Source: Marsupella aquatica
Taxonomy: Eukaryota > Plantae > Marchantiophyta
Direction: 5' to 3'
Assembly: GCA_973895155.1 (NCBI GenBank)
Contig: OZ316896.1
Location: 3,696,738-3,760,737 of the forward strand
DNA length: 64,000 nt
Shown here in pieces: positions 23,624-37,054 of the stretch (its first letter is position 1; each line of letters starts with the position of its first letter). Both the position numbers and the translations under genes were made by a program. The notes below the pieces were generated by a model. That model saw nothing but the letters and a program-made list of their open reading frames with translations, was not told where the DNA came from and made no database searches.

Positions 23624-26600
23624 TCATTCATCTCCTTCATCCTCATTCGCCATGTTTTCCCGTGTTTTAAATTCGTTCAGGTTGTACTTGACTTCAGCCA
23701 GGTAGAGCCCATGTGCAGGAGCCATCGCTGGTGTAGCTTTGATCGATTTTGCTGCCAGAATCCTTTTCACTACACCAACATTTACAGACAGGATAATTAT
23801 TATAAACTCTTCAACCTCTTGCAGCTTGAAATAACTGTGAGGCGAAATTTTTCCGAGAATACGCCATATAGATCAGTATCTGACTAAGCTCACTCCACTG
23901 CATGCCTACTACACCACAACGAGATCTAAAGACTTGCAAGCACAATTACAACATCTCTCCTAGACTGGAAGATAGAAGATAATACTTTGGGATTGAAATG
24001 TTTTAAGCCAGGACTACACTCACCATCATCAACTGTCAAAACGCCACAGCCGACCGCTTTAATAGTTCCGACCACAAGTCGTACCTTTGGAGCAAACAGC
24101 GGCACACATTAGGATGACAAGTCATGGGACACTACAGTCAACACACGACAACTAGATTGAGGGAAGAGAAAATAGTCTGTCTACTGCTCTGAAATTCGGA
24201 ATCTCATGATAAAAGTATACAAAAGTCATCAGATGTGAGACCGAGAGGTGAGCTTACCGTCGCTACCTGATGATAGAGGAAAGAACGAGCTCGTGCTGTA
24301 ATGACGTAACAACGGGGTGTTGTGGGAGATTTCATGCCAGCCACACCACCACATTTTTGTAACTTCCCAGCCGCCTCAATCGCCTTTGAGGTTGGTAGAC
24401 TAGATATCTCCGTGCCAGGTTCGCTACCACCATCATGTCCTTGGTTACTGCAGTGGTGTTCTATTTCAAGCTGTTGAGCTTGTGCGATCGAAGAAGAAAC
24501 GCGCTCTGATGGGCTTGGAAAGCAAGGGAATGCAGGCATTTCACAGATATGCAACTCATCCAGGGTTTTGACCGGAGACTTGGCCTGTGGTCAAAACAAA
24601 CACGGTCCAATCACTCTTTTGCTGATGGCAGCATGTGTGCGGTGCTTTTGAGATGAAGGTTTTGTTTTTAATGTTTAAAGTTTTATTCTGATGCGAGTAA
24701 TCTCGAAGGGACTCCCCCACTGATTTACCACCAAAATCTAAAACTTCCACTCTTAAAAAAACCCATAAAATAGTTGATTTACAGGTCTCAGCACACAGTG
24801 TTTGCACATCCCTTTAAGACTTTCGTTCCAATGGATTTGTATACCTTGATCGAGATTATTAACATGATTGTTTCATATGTACATCATAAATAATGAAATA
24901 TGCCCACCTGACATCCAGCTGCACGAAAAGAGCTGAAGTCATGGTGCCCCACCAATATTTGTGAAGCTTCCTACAGTAACATAAGATCTCGAATTTAACA
25001 TAACAATCAAGACGGGGAGGATAACTACAGAGCGTGCATGACCAGGACATCAAGAAGACTAAACTATCTCTAAGGATGCAAAGAAACACAAATCACTCTT
25101 GCAATTGTTCCTAAAATATTCAGTATTGTAAGTACAATGCAGGGTAAGAGAAAGGACCACGAGGGTTGTGAGGATTTGCTGCTCTAGATCAATAAAGACG
25201 CCAGCAAGAACCGACCCTACTCAAACTCACTTGCATTGCTGCTAGATTCAGATTATCAGGGACATGCCACGCACGATCCCTTTCAAATATTGACGAGTGC
25301 GCGCATCTCGAAAGTATCCTGTAGTGGTATCTGCATTGGCAAGGCGAAATTGGTTACCATTTCATCACGGAGTAGCTACTTACACAGAAGAAGGTCCACT
25401 GGTAACTAAACAATAATGTGATGCATGTTAAATTCGCTTACGTGCGTTCTCTGGCCTGAAATCGTGAGTGAAAGTCATTACGCACGCATTTTACATCCAC
25501 CACCGCCACGTCTCCACCATTTTTCTGTCAAATCTCCAGGAAAGTCAAACCTGATGGGAACTATATATACACGGTTTATTCACAGCACTTGGAGGCATAG
25601 GAAGTTTATTACTTGTAAGAAGTGATTAACTGCCCTCTTCACAACTTCTGGTTCATGAGGTGGAAGCTGCCACAAACAGAACACAGGCAAGACGTGGGTA
25701 TTTCAACGAATTCGTGAGTTTCTCTATGCAACCTACAGAATGTCACAACGCTTAAGCAAGAACAGGTAGACTTATAAAGCATTTAGTGAGGAGATGGCGA
25801 GGAGTACAATATGAGTTGGAAAAGTACCAACCACTTCACCGGGCTTTCTCTTGCTGACTCGCTCCACATCTACATGACACACATTGGCCAGTGCATGTAC
25901 GCCAGTGTCCTGAAAATAAAAATTCCAATATTTAGGATAAAGTTAGCCAGGAAAAGGATTAAAGTTCCGCCGATTAGGCAGCTACGCACAAAGAATAAAC
26001 CATACAGCAGAAGTCATAAAGCTTTTTTTCCTTTTCTTTCAACGTGGAATGGGATGTATGAATTCATTGCTTGAGGAACGTAATCGGCTTAGATCTGCAA
26101 TCACTGTGAATATGGAGATCACCGGATTAGTAACAGAAAGTTGGCAGACATCTCATCAACTTCAAGCTTACCGTTCGGCTCGAGCCACCACAACCCACAG
26201 GTTGCCCCGCAAATTTATGAAACGCGTCCTGCATTGCCAATGAGATCAGATCCGAATGAAGTTCTCACACCAAATTCTCACCGATGACTTGTACAGAAGA
26301 GGGGGGAAAAATAGTCAGGTTCTAGTCTATCTGCCGTAAATTGAATTGTGGGTACATTTCAAAAATTAATTTAAGGGCAGGAAAGAGCTCAAAGAAGGAA
26401 AGTTGACCTCAGAAAAGCTAGAAGTCCTGTCTACGTTGCACATGAACTAGACTGTGATGCGCAGTGAACAGCGCTCCATGGACTCATTAACAAGCGCATT
26501 TTGGAGCCTAAGATTGTTTACCAATCCCATAACCAGACACTAACTTATGAATTGGCTACTCGGCAACAAAAGAGACAGAATGGGAAGGCAATGAAGATCT

Positions 26601-27224
26601 ACTCACTTCCAGGGCACCCTGAACTGTTCTCAAGTCAGGGCGATTTTTCTGCTTCTGCCAGCCCAGGAAACGACTCCCCAAGTATTCCACTGTCACCAAA
26701 TATCTCTGCCGCCCTCCCGCATTCAGACTCATGGCGGTCTTCTTCAGCTCCACAAGTCTCCCGTTCTGAGGCTCTCCTCCCTCTACTAACTCCACGCCGT
26801 GATTACAAAGGGGAATGTCAGGCAATGGGTGTCCTCCCGTGGAGTTAGGAAATTTCCTGCATCCCGCCCATCTCACTGACTGGGGCATGCGCAACAACTG
26901 GCTGCCCTTCCCACTCTCATCCCATGCTCGCTGAATCTCTCGCTCAATAACCTCATTGTATGACTCCTTTGAGCCCTCCTCGGATTGGTCCCAGTCCAGG
27001 GTTTCCAGCCTTTCCTTGTGCTGTTGCCAGAATTCAGATTGGTGCAGCTCAGTCTTGAATTGCTGCCAACGCTCCTCTTGAATGGTGGAGTCTTCCGCAC
27101 CGTGGGTCCGAAGACGACCCAGGAGCCCGTTTCCCAAATCGACTATGATCTCAGCGTCCTTCCTCACTTCTGCTGTTGCTTTCTCACTCTCTGCTTCGAG
27201 CTTCACCCTCTTTGCAGCCGACAT
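23624..27224 (-). CDS. truA: tRNA pseudouridine synthase A (TruA-like) with long N-terminal extension
   Basis: Exons 27224-26607, 26228-26172, 25909-25832, 25666-25613, 25524-25442, 25330-25231, 24970-24908, 24584-24267, 24084-24024, 23769-23624; motifs RYLVTVEYLGSRFLGWQ, TVQGALE, SSRTDTGVHALAN (catalytic Asp), GHHDFSSFRAAGCQ, SFLYHQVRLVVG, APAHGLYLAEVKY. Confidence 0.93.
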
Positions 27225-27962
27225 GGATCCTGATGTTGCTCCTGCTCGCTGCTCAGTGGTGTGATTTCTCTGTTCTGGCTCCTCCCTTGAACCCCAGGGA
27301 AACCCTCATCAAGGCCTCCTCCAGCAAGCCCACTACTCCTTTCAGTACTGATTTCGCTTTGGAAGGTCCAGTAGATTTCATGTTTATGTTCAGCCCACTG
27401 TCACATATGCTGAGCTCTTTCAACCCAGAGCTCCATCAATCTCAATGGGCTCCTGATTCGACAGAATTCGTCGACACATCAGCAGCAGAGAACATCGAAC
27501 TCACCAGGACTCACTCATCAAGCTGAAGTTCCGCTGGCTGAATTTTAAGTCGGGTTATTTGATGGGTCATTTCTGGCTCATCTCAGAGCTCCTCTCAAAG
27601 CTGCAAAAATTTGTCACTGTAATTCAACCAACAAGAAGGCTTCGTGTCAGACTAACACTTTGTAAGCACTTGTCATCAAACATCTTGGTGTAAATGCCTA
27701 ATGTTACTGCAACTTACACATGCATAACACTATTTGCTATGCATAAAAAAGGCTACATGACACTATTCGTTGTGCCATTGGCCCCTGCATTACACCATTT
27801 GCTATGCCCATGGCTTCACTTTGGAATGTAAGTAAGTGATTCGAGAAAACCAATGTCAAATTGGCTGCCAAATTGCACATGAGTACAGTCTGTTTCCACG
27901 TGCCTCATTGACTTCATGGCGCCCACAAACAAGTGCCATGAAAAATAGTGGTGTCGGCCCAA

Positions 27963-28092
27963 TAAAGCCTATTCCTGGGAAACATTTTGTAATCAACCAT
28001 GGCTCATTAAAGCCTATTCCTGGGAAGCATTTTGTAATCAACCATGGCTCATTAAAGCCTATTCCTGGGAAGCATTTTGTAACCAACCATGC
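27963..28092. repeat. Tandem repeat, 3 x 45 bp
   Basis: TAAAGCCTATTCCTGGGAA(A/G)CATTTTGTAATCAACCATGGCTCAT repeated. Confidence 0.95.
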
Positions 28093-29861
28093 CAAATGAA
28101 AAACTTTCACAAGTGAACAGCTCTGGCACAAATGCATATGAGATGCTGTTTGGGGGATGTTAGTGCAATCTACATTCCAGATTAGTGTTCCTGGAAAGTA
28201 AGATATTGGTGTCCATTGGGTCCTGCCATTCAATGTTGCCCATCGCACTCAAGGTGAAGACATGAGGGTATATGTTTTCAAATTTTAAAATGCCACCAAC
28301 ATTGTGCAGATCCACAAAAGTGCAGAGTTTGTTTATAGTGAACTTCCCAACAAGCCTTGCCCAATGGTAACACTCTTCATTGAGGAAAGTAAGCTTTTAA
28401 GTTCGAGTTTCATTATTCCATTCCCTTTTGCACAAACCCTCCATCCCCAAACGGAGTACATCAAAGCCCTTTGTGTCGTGGACCCATCTTGATACCCCAT
28501 TAGGCCAAATAGACACTTTGACAGAGGTGGTCATGAGTGGGCTGCTGGTAGCACCATCATAAGCTGCCGGTCAACCTGAATGCGGTGCTATGTGTAGCAT
28601 AGCTAATAGAGTCACGAGCTGGTCTGGAGGTGACCTGGGCCAGAGAGCATATATGAGGAGAGTATATATATGTTCAAGAATACTCAATGAGCCATCAATT
28701 GTAATCAGTTGAGATCCCTCCTTTACCCCCGCCAAGCCAAGGGACAAGAGTAGCACACAAGCGTTGAGGTTGGTTGGCTTCTGACCCGCTTTTGACTTGA
28801 AGTGCACCCCGGGGGTGGGTGGTCCCGGCATGCCATTTTTGTGGCTCATTGGTGGAGCTTTTGTCACATGCTCTTCGGAGACAGACTTAACTAATATGGG
28901 ACCCCCCATGGGAACAACTCAAGGGGTTTTTAAATCTCATTTCAACTAATAATTATAATTGCTCATAATCTAACAACCCCTTGCTTATTGGGCTCCATGT
29001 TATAATGAACCAAGGTCATGTCAAAAACATGGTTCAATTAGTTCTATGGAAGGGGTACTAGTGGATATAGATCTGTCACGTGTCAATAGCCCATTTGTCC
29101 ACGTGTCATTACATCCCTGGTTTGGGGTGTGTAAACACATTTGAATTTTTGGGGGGAAGGGAAATTTTGGCTTCTGGAGGTCCTTTTTAGCCTTTCCTCT
29201 CCAAAAATACTTTACCGTCCTCATCTTTGATACCCAAGATTGGACGGTCTAGGGTTGCCACGAAAGGAGGGAATTCAAAGATCCATTGAGAAAGAAGGTA
29301 GGGGTGGTCTGTTGAAGAGACAAGTTGCTTTGCCATTTTTCCTGGGCACTTTCTCTCACCGTTCCTCACATCCTCTATCTGACCTGATTTTTTATACCAC
29401 CTGAAGGGCATATTTAATGTCCTTTTGGTGATGATTATGATTGCCCAAAGGGCTTTCTTAATGACTGACAAATAATTTGTTAATACTAATAAGAGCATTT
29501 TAAAAGGGCAGAAAATCATATTGAAGGGTTTTGGAGGGGGGGGGGGGGCGTTCACAGGTGGGTTCCGTTCATATACACAGATGAGGGCCCATGGATTGCA
29601 TGTGATCTGCACATGATCTCAAGAAGCTAGTGGATGCATTGCAAAGCGGGTGAAGAGGGCTACCAGGGGAGAAGGTCAGTGGGGAGACCCCAGGTCACTA
29701 CGCTTTGCACACAAACTACCTGACACATGGACAGACACTTGGAAAAATGAAGGTTACTAAATGGAAATGGGGACTGAGGCAAGTAGACAACAACTAGCAA
29801 TGGGATCCAAGGTAGCAATCTTCATTGAGGGAAGGGAGGTTTTGAGTTCAAGCTTCATTAG

Positions 29862-30040
29862 GAGAGATATGCTTAGTAGACCACCTTCTTGAAAAAGTTT
29901 GCTTAATCAACCCCCTCCATGCTTTTCCCCAATCTGGACCGTTGATGGACCTTTAGATCTGAGATCTGAACCATTGATAGACCTCAGGGGGTTGATCAAG
30001 TAACAAGTTTCATTTTGGGGGTCTATCAAGCAAATACCTC
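29862..30040. mobile_element. Mutator-type MITE with perfect 9-bp TSD
   Basis: CTTCATTAG at 29853-29861 and 30041-30049; GAG...CTC termini; degenerate TIRs; right TIR matches the 16897-17080 element. Confidence 0.8.
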
Positions 30041-30612
30041 CTTCATTAGTCAATCAACTTTTGCACGCACCCCACCCCAAAGTGGAGTTTATCAAAGCCC
30101 ATTGCAAACAAAACACTTGGCGTGCACTTGAAAAAACTGGAGGTCACCTAAATGGAATTGGGAAGGCAAGTGAATAACACCTAGTAATGGAATTCTAATT
30201 GAATGGTCGGATCTCTAAATGTGACAAGTGCGAAAAAAAATCATCTACAAATGTCAGAGATTCCCATTTACATAAGCAAGTTAGGAGTTAAAGCTATAAG
30301 ATGACACAGTAATATCTATCATCCATAGATCCAAATAGTAACTCAAGTGCCCAATTTCTACTTGTTCCGCTGTTGTTTCTTGCTGAATTTGCTTGGGACT
30401 CACTATAATGGAGCACATGTAAAGAAACCACAAGAGGTGACATTTACTGATGAGCTCCAAATGAGAAAAGCTTTAATTTGTATTACCCCAGATCTCAAGC
30501 CAACACAATAGAGTTTTACAAATGCAAGCCTTTGCATTGTCCATCATAATGATCTTGTTCTTTACGTATGTCTTAATTGTCATTCTACGATGCAAAATAT
30601 CAGTGCCAAGAG

Positions 30613-30883
30613 CATTATTACAAAGCATGTGAAAAGTCACAGGTGTGTTAAGAGGTATCAATCTGATTTGATGGTTGTGATTCATTACAAAGCACGTGAA
30701 AAATCATAGGCATGTTAAAAAGTATCAATATGATTTGATGATTGTGATTCAGTACAAAGCACATGAAAAGTCATGGGTATGTGAAGAGGTATCAATATGA
30801 TACGATGATTGAGATTCATTACAAAGCATGTGAAAAGTCACAGGTATGTTAAGAGGTATCAATCTGATTTGATGGTTGTGATT
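30613..30883. repeat. Minisatellite, 4 x 67 bp
   Basis: CATTACAAAGCATGTGAAAAGTCACAGGT.TGTTAAGAGGTATCAATCTGATTTGATGGTTGTGATT repeated. Confidence 0.95.
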
Positions 30884-33139
30884 TCTCTGCTTGATGAGTT
30901 GACCACATCTCTTGAACAATTCTTGTTCACACCAAAGCTAAATGTAAATTTGATATGTCAATATGCAAAACATCCAGCAAAATAACTTTTTCTTCTTGTT
31001 AGTGACATTATGATCTGGAAAGATTTCTCTTGCTATGAATGCACCTATTATTACACGCATGAAAAGACTCATGACTTCCTATCATCATGACACTCAACAT
31101 AAGGATTTACTTGTCAATGATGTGAAAAAAGATCATTGTCAAGTTTAATTAGGCACTGTTGATGGAGTTAGCATAAAATTGGTGGTGTGGATGATAAGGA
31201 GGTCTATGGTACCGATGATTTGGATGCATGCACAAACCATGCAGAAGTTGATCATAAACAAGTAGATGATACAGAGTCTTGACAGCCTAAGTGCCTCACC
31301 AAATAGTTAACCCCATGGCTAAGGCAATCCAAGTGGAGTCAAGTTGTGCAATTCATGTCTAGGAAATATCATTCCTTGATAATATAGCTCAAATGCAACC
31401 TCTGTCCAGCTATATCACAATACGTACCCCACTTTCATATCTTGATATTGTGGCTCAAATCTAATGCAAAAACTTCAAGATATGTTGATTAGAGGTGTTG
31501 TGGAGTATTTACTACAAAGAATGGTCATGAGAACACAACCAGTCGATGATGCTAAGAAAGGAGTCAACGATATGTATAGGGAATCATCTACAAAGAGATA
31601 TTGCAATATGATGATATCATTCTTATTATGTGTACTCAATCCTGTCCTCCACTCAACATACTATTTCCCCCTATTATGTCATTCATACAAATGGGAATGA
31701 GTTGAAAGGTGCCTAACCAAAATTAATGATGTAGTTGAGCACCCTGACAGATGATCCCATTGGCAATGTACAATAGATATTTCTATTGGTCACCGATTAC
31801 TCTTGAGTCTATGGACAACACAAAAGTCACATTTGCAACATGCTAGAAATTTACTGATTGTGTTTCCACTAGATTTTTTAATTTAAATTCCCTTAGAGAG
31901 GTTGGGAATGATCTAAAGGGCACAAATGATCCATTTTCATATCTGTATTGCGACACCAGTATTTTCAAAGTTAAAGTATTAGGCAAGAGCAATAATTCTA
32001 ATGGAATTAGCACAGCAACGCACTATGGCAATCATGCCCATAAGGGCTAACTTCAACATGGAAAAAATTGAAGCTAGAGCTTTTTAAGTATGTGAAGGAC
32101 TAGATACACCAGGTTTCAATTATGTCACTATATGTGAGTACATGAGGTTGGGATCTACAATGAGAATGACTACTCCTTCAAAGGCAAACATTGCACCTAT
32201 ATAGATGATACTTAACACAAGTTCAATTGGTGGTGAACATATTTTCATATGTTCAGGCACATGGTAAAGGCTATCATATGGGAAGCTTATACTATCTTGG
32301 ATCAAGATATTTTACTTGACCTGAAGTTCATTGCATGGACAATCATCTGAAGGCAAAGCCAGGTTACAATTCCTGTTGATGTGAATACTCATGAGCTGCA
32401 TTATTATTGTGTGTCTGATAAACATAACAAGATATTCCAAAAGCATAAGAAAGACCCAATCAAACATATCTTTTGTTCTAGGATGACAATGACACTCTTT
32501 GTCAAAGGAAAGTCTGAAAAAGATGTCATTTTCAATATTGATGCACTTTAAAATTTCCTGGATGGTTGCTCGTTCAAATCGATTCAAAACTGAACAAAAA
32601 CTATTAACTCTTATGATTCATTTGATTGCAAGTCTTTGGGCATGAGGACAAGAATACAACAACTTTCTTCTAAGGAACACTCCTATAGCTAGAGGATTGG
32701 GACTTTTTTGGTACAATGAAAAGGTGATCTTATCACAAAGGAGAGAATTCTAGTGCACCAGTGAAACTCAGTGCCCACTTCCTTCCAAAATTCTATCACC
32801 TCTATATTGAAATATTTCAGTGCCCATGATTAGGTTTGTGCGAGTTGGTATTGCAAAAATTCTGTGAGAAGAAAAAATTGAGGTATTATACCTAGATTTA
32901 GGGTTTCTCTACATCCACGGAAGAAGGTGTAGAGGGGATGATCTTTCAAACAATAACAAATTGTTTTCCAAAAATTTTGTGATGTTGAGTTTGGATGAGC
33001 CCAATACAATCACCTTGCAACATTTGTTTGCTAACTAAGAGACTACTCAGAAAATAAGATGAATCACTTGATAACATATAATTATGCTTGATGAATCAGG
33101 CAAGCATATAACTGTCATTGTTGAACTCCATTGTGCCTT

Positions 33140-33424
33140 GGGGGTTTCAATTCCACAAAAATGGCACATCATGTGCAACAAAGTATATGGTCATTTTATT
33201 GGTTTAAAGGGAAGACTTAAGAATTTTTTGAGAAGAAGAATATGGTCTTTTAAATCCAATTTGAGACTTATAAGAACATCAGGGTCCTTATAACTAAAAT
33301 TTTAGAATATTCTAAGAATATTTCAACTTTATAGGGGCTGAAAATCTTTTTTCTTACATTTTAGGGGGTCTAAGGCCTAAAATCATTGTAGGTGATGGGG
33401 AGACATCCATATAGTGAGACCCCC
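33140..33424 (+). mobile_element. ~285-bp MITE copy (left arm of inverted pair)
   Basis: GGGGGTTTCAAT...AGTGAGACCCCC ends; whole length is the reverse complement of 34212-34495. Confidence 0.8.
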
Positions 33425-33484
33425 AAACATTCATTTGTGTTTATAACTCAAAACCCAAAAGAAGTCTGGATAAAAATTGAAAAA

Positions 33485-33519
33485 TTTAGGGTTAAAAATA
33501 AACCCTAAACCCTAAACCC
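33485..33519. repeat. Interstitial plant telomere-like repeats, both orientations
   Basis: TTTAGGGTT followed by AAACCCTAAACCCTAAACCC. Confidence 0.6.
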
Positions 33520-33994
33520 ACACTCGTATGAAAAATGTGGCACAAGTTGTTTGATATTTATCAAGCATCAAAGATAATATTACTTGAAACACCCACTATT
33601 TGTCTTCAAACCACATCCAAATCATGTGGAATTAGGTATTGAACATGTAAGCAAGAAAACAAGAATTTTTGTCCTGATGTTACAGTGGGTCGAGCTCCCA
33701 AGAGAGAGATACAACAAGGTTTATGAGCTACGACTATGCAAAACGAGCAACAAAAGCTCTATCAAGATTTGTACAGTATAAGAACTGAAAATCTAATGAA
33801 CACGCAACTTTAGTTGCCTTGTCAATAGAGAATGTTCATAACTTTGTTGTGTTTATTTTTAATTAAGAACAAATCTCAAGATCGAGGCTAATCAATGGGA
33901 TTAACATTGATTAGCCCCGTACCTGGCTGCCCGTTGCCCAACATTCCTGACATTGGTATCAGGTTAAATACCCAGAGAAAATCAGTCTGGACAC

Positions 33995-34075
33995 CAGTTG
34001 TTCCCAAGTTGGGTGGTAGAGGAGCTCATTGGGATGAGACAGGTCCTAGGTTTGAATCCTACTAGCGATGGTGGA
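33995..34075 (+). mobile_element. tRNA-derived SINE-like head
   Basis: A-box-like TGGTAGAG (34014-34021); T-arm TAGG-TTTGAAT-CCTA with B-box-like GGTTTGAATCC (34049-34059); no full cloverleaf. Confidence 0.35.
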
Positions 34076-34211
34076 TGTTTTTTGTCATTCACACTACCCA
34101 AAAGTGAGCATCATTCGAATCACCCTCTAGTCACACTTGGAAAAATTGTGAGTATGAAAAAAAGACGGGCAGCAAGCATGGGCAGTGGGTGGCAAAAAGA
34201 GATGTGAAAGC

Positions 34212-34495
34212 TCGGGGGTCTCACTCTATGGATGCCTCCCCATCACCTGCGACGTTTGTAGGCCTCGAACCCCCTAAAATGTAAGAAAAAATGGTATTTT
34301 TCAACCCCTATAAAGTTGGAATATTCCAAAAATTTGGTTATAAGGACCCTAATATTCTTATAAGTCTCAAAATTGGATGTAAAAGACTCTAGTGTTCTTC
34401 TCAGAAAATTCTTAAGTCTTTCCTTCGAACCAATAAAATGACCCTATACTTTGTCGCACATGATATACCATTTTTGTGGAAATGAAACCCCCGAG
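34212..34495 (-). mobile_element. ~285-bp MITE copy (right arm of inverted pair)
   Basis: CTCGGGGGTCTCACT...TGAAACCCCCGAG ends; inverted copy of 33140-33424. Confidence 0.8.
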
Positions 34496-36970
34496 TGTGA
34501 AAGATATAGAATCCCATCTTCGTTCATGGGTGGACATTACCTTGCTCAAACACATAGCTATTGTGTATTGTTTGACTTGAAAGAAGCTAACTTTTAGTAA
34601 ATAAGAATTCCTTGTACATATATTCATTCTAACCTTGAAACAATGAGAAAATTAAAACCCTACATAGAGGGGAGGATAGGGATCTTAAAGTTATAGAAGC
34701 AACTTTGGTTATAGGGCGTGGCTACAATAACAAGTATATAAAAATTGTACTACATATTTAAAGGTGGAAAGAGTCAGGACTGTAAGAAGGAATGGGTGAC
34801 AAGCTAGCATTTGCAAGCTAGATTTCAAATATATATATATAGGAGGAGGAGAAGGAGGAGGATATTAGCTGAGGAAATGAAATAAGCTCCAGATCGACGA
34901 AGACAACCCAAGTGAGAAATTGAAAGCTTCAATGGAAGCTCTTAAAACTGCCAATCCATGGATAGAAGATAGAAGTACATCTTGTAAGTTTCTCTTCCAT
35001 GGTCAAGGGGATGGGAAAGTTTAAATGTGTCATCTTATCAAAGGAGCAATTCCTTGTAATGTTTGCTTGATATAAGAGGTGAGTTATCAGGGGGAGTTGG
35101 AAGATTGTAATGTCTGATTGATAGAGGTGAGTTGTGATGGGGAGTTGGAAGAAGAAGCTGATGTCAAAGAAACAACTATAATTTCCTTGTTATGTAAGTT
35201 TGACAGCAACAAACTCATCCTTGGGATGTAGTTTCACAAATGAGGCAGATTATAAAGTGCACATGGAAAAAGGCACCCCTTATACAAGACAAGGTTTCTT
35301 TTGATGTATGTTACATGGAAGAGGTTAGTCATTCCACTGGAAATATGGAAGAGAAAGCTATTGCAGAACAGATAGTGAGTCCTTTTGTTATAAGTTTCAT
35401 GGAAAAGGCAAATTGTGAAGAGCAAATGGAAGAAGCAATAACAGTTCAAGGAAGAGCGCAAGTATCTATACTACAACAAAAGTAACAATAGACAAACAAG
35501 GAGGACCTACATGTGCAACAAGATAAGACTATGTAACCACAGTAGTTGCAAGGGTTCAGCCCGCAATCTTACCCTTTATTAAATTCTGAACATGAGGAAA
35601 GTTACTCAAAGTATCACCAAGGATTGCATCACCATCGGGACCATGTTTCCTGCATTGCAAGCATATCATACCATCACCCTTGTCACAAAGCAGGTCACTA
35701 AGGACCTAAGTGTTGCCTGATTGTGACAAAACTCTCATTAGATTATTTAGAAGTATGAAACATATCTAAACTCTACATTTGAATAGTTTAGTTATCAATA
35801 GAGTTTTCTTGTAGAGTCAAAGGTCCAATTTCAAATATGAGAAATTTCCTAAGATCCACAAAGATGAATGATGTGAAAGTGGTTGTCATTGTAGGGAAGT
35901 CAAGTCTACAACAATGTACCTTGACTTTTTTCTATATGCTCTCACATTTGGAGTAACAGACTCGGGGCCTAGTAATGGCCTAGTAATGCATCAATTGACT
36001 ATGTGGAACACACAAATTGAATGTGAAGTCCCATGATTTTATCCTCAAACTTGCTGATGAGCCCATTAACAGACTTGTAGTACATTCAACATCGCCCATT
36101 TGTGACGAATACACAATAGGATTTAATGAGGCGGACAATTGATGACTACCAAATGAGACAATAAGGGTTTGACAATGTTAAGACATCAAAAGTGTTCTTA
36201 TTCTGCACTAACCTAGTACAGAATAACTTAGTCTATTAACTTAGTCTTAAATTACAAGTGTCCTAGACATTGTGCGAGTACAAAATAATCACTTTCTAGT
36301 CATTGTTTACATTGTTAACTTAGAATACTATTGAATAGTTGTGGTGATATGGATCCACCAAGATTTGAAATTGGCCATTGAATTTGAAACCATTCAAGTT
36401 AGATTTGCATTAGTCCTAAGCCCTTGTTTCTTTAATATAGCCTAGGCCCAGCCCATTATGGGGCAGGGCCCCCTTATGCCTTGTCCCACATGCATATCAA
36501 ACACACAATTGACCCTAATATACTCCATAGTGGTGCAGACGTCACTCCTAAACACAAACATAGAGCTAGCTAGGTGTGAGCCCCCTTAGAGTAATAGAGG
36601 GAGGGGTACTCCCTAGGGACTGTGATGGATTTTGTGCCCCTGTATCCTGTACTTGCTACCACTTGTTGCCTCCTTTCACTCCCACATATTTGGAGATGCA
36701 TGCAGCCCTTGCCCATATGTCAATGGAACGCCTGGTACTCGCTGCCACTTGCGGCCTCCTCATTTTCTCCCACATCTTTGGAGATGCATGTAGCCCCTGC
36801 CCTGGTGTCCATGGAACCCTGCTCTAGTTGAATTTGTGTATAGGTGTAGAAAAATTCAGGTAAGACTGTTTCTGGAAAGCTCATTTGTTAGAACCCCTTG
36901 GATCCCACTTTTAAATGTTGTCTGCTTAGCCCTGACCATTTAGGTGATAAGAGAGTGACCTCCAATCTTC

Positions 36971-37054
36971 CCAGGTGTCAAATATGGTGTGTAAAGGGCA
37001 AACCCCACATTGCCAGGTGTCAAATATGGTGCATAGAGGGCAAACCCCACATTG
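36971..37054. repeat. Tandem duplication, 2 x 42 bp
   Basis: CCAGGTGTCAAATATGGTG..TA.AGGGCAAACCCCACATTG occurs twice. Confidence 0.9.

Noticed and set aside
24253-24266. Alternative donor (CG|GTAAGC) 9 nt downstream in TruA exon 8
   Set aside because: It would insert VAT into the conserved FLYHQVR motif; no evidence of use without RNA data
31200-32700. AT-rich block with faint hAT-transposase-like fragments
   Set aside because: No convincing motif or termini; too degraded to call
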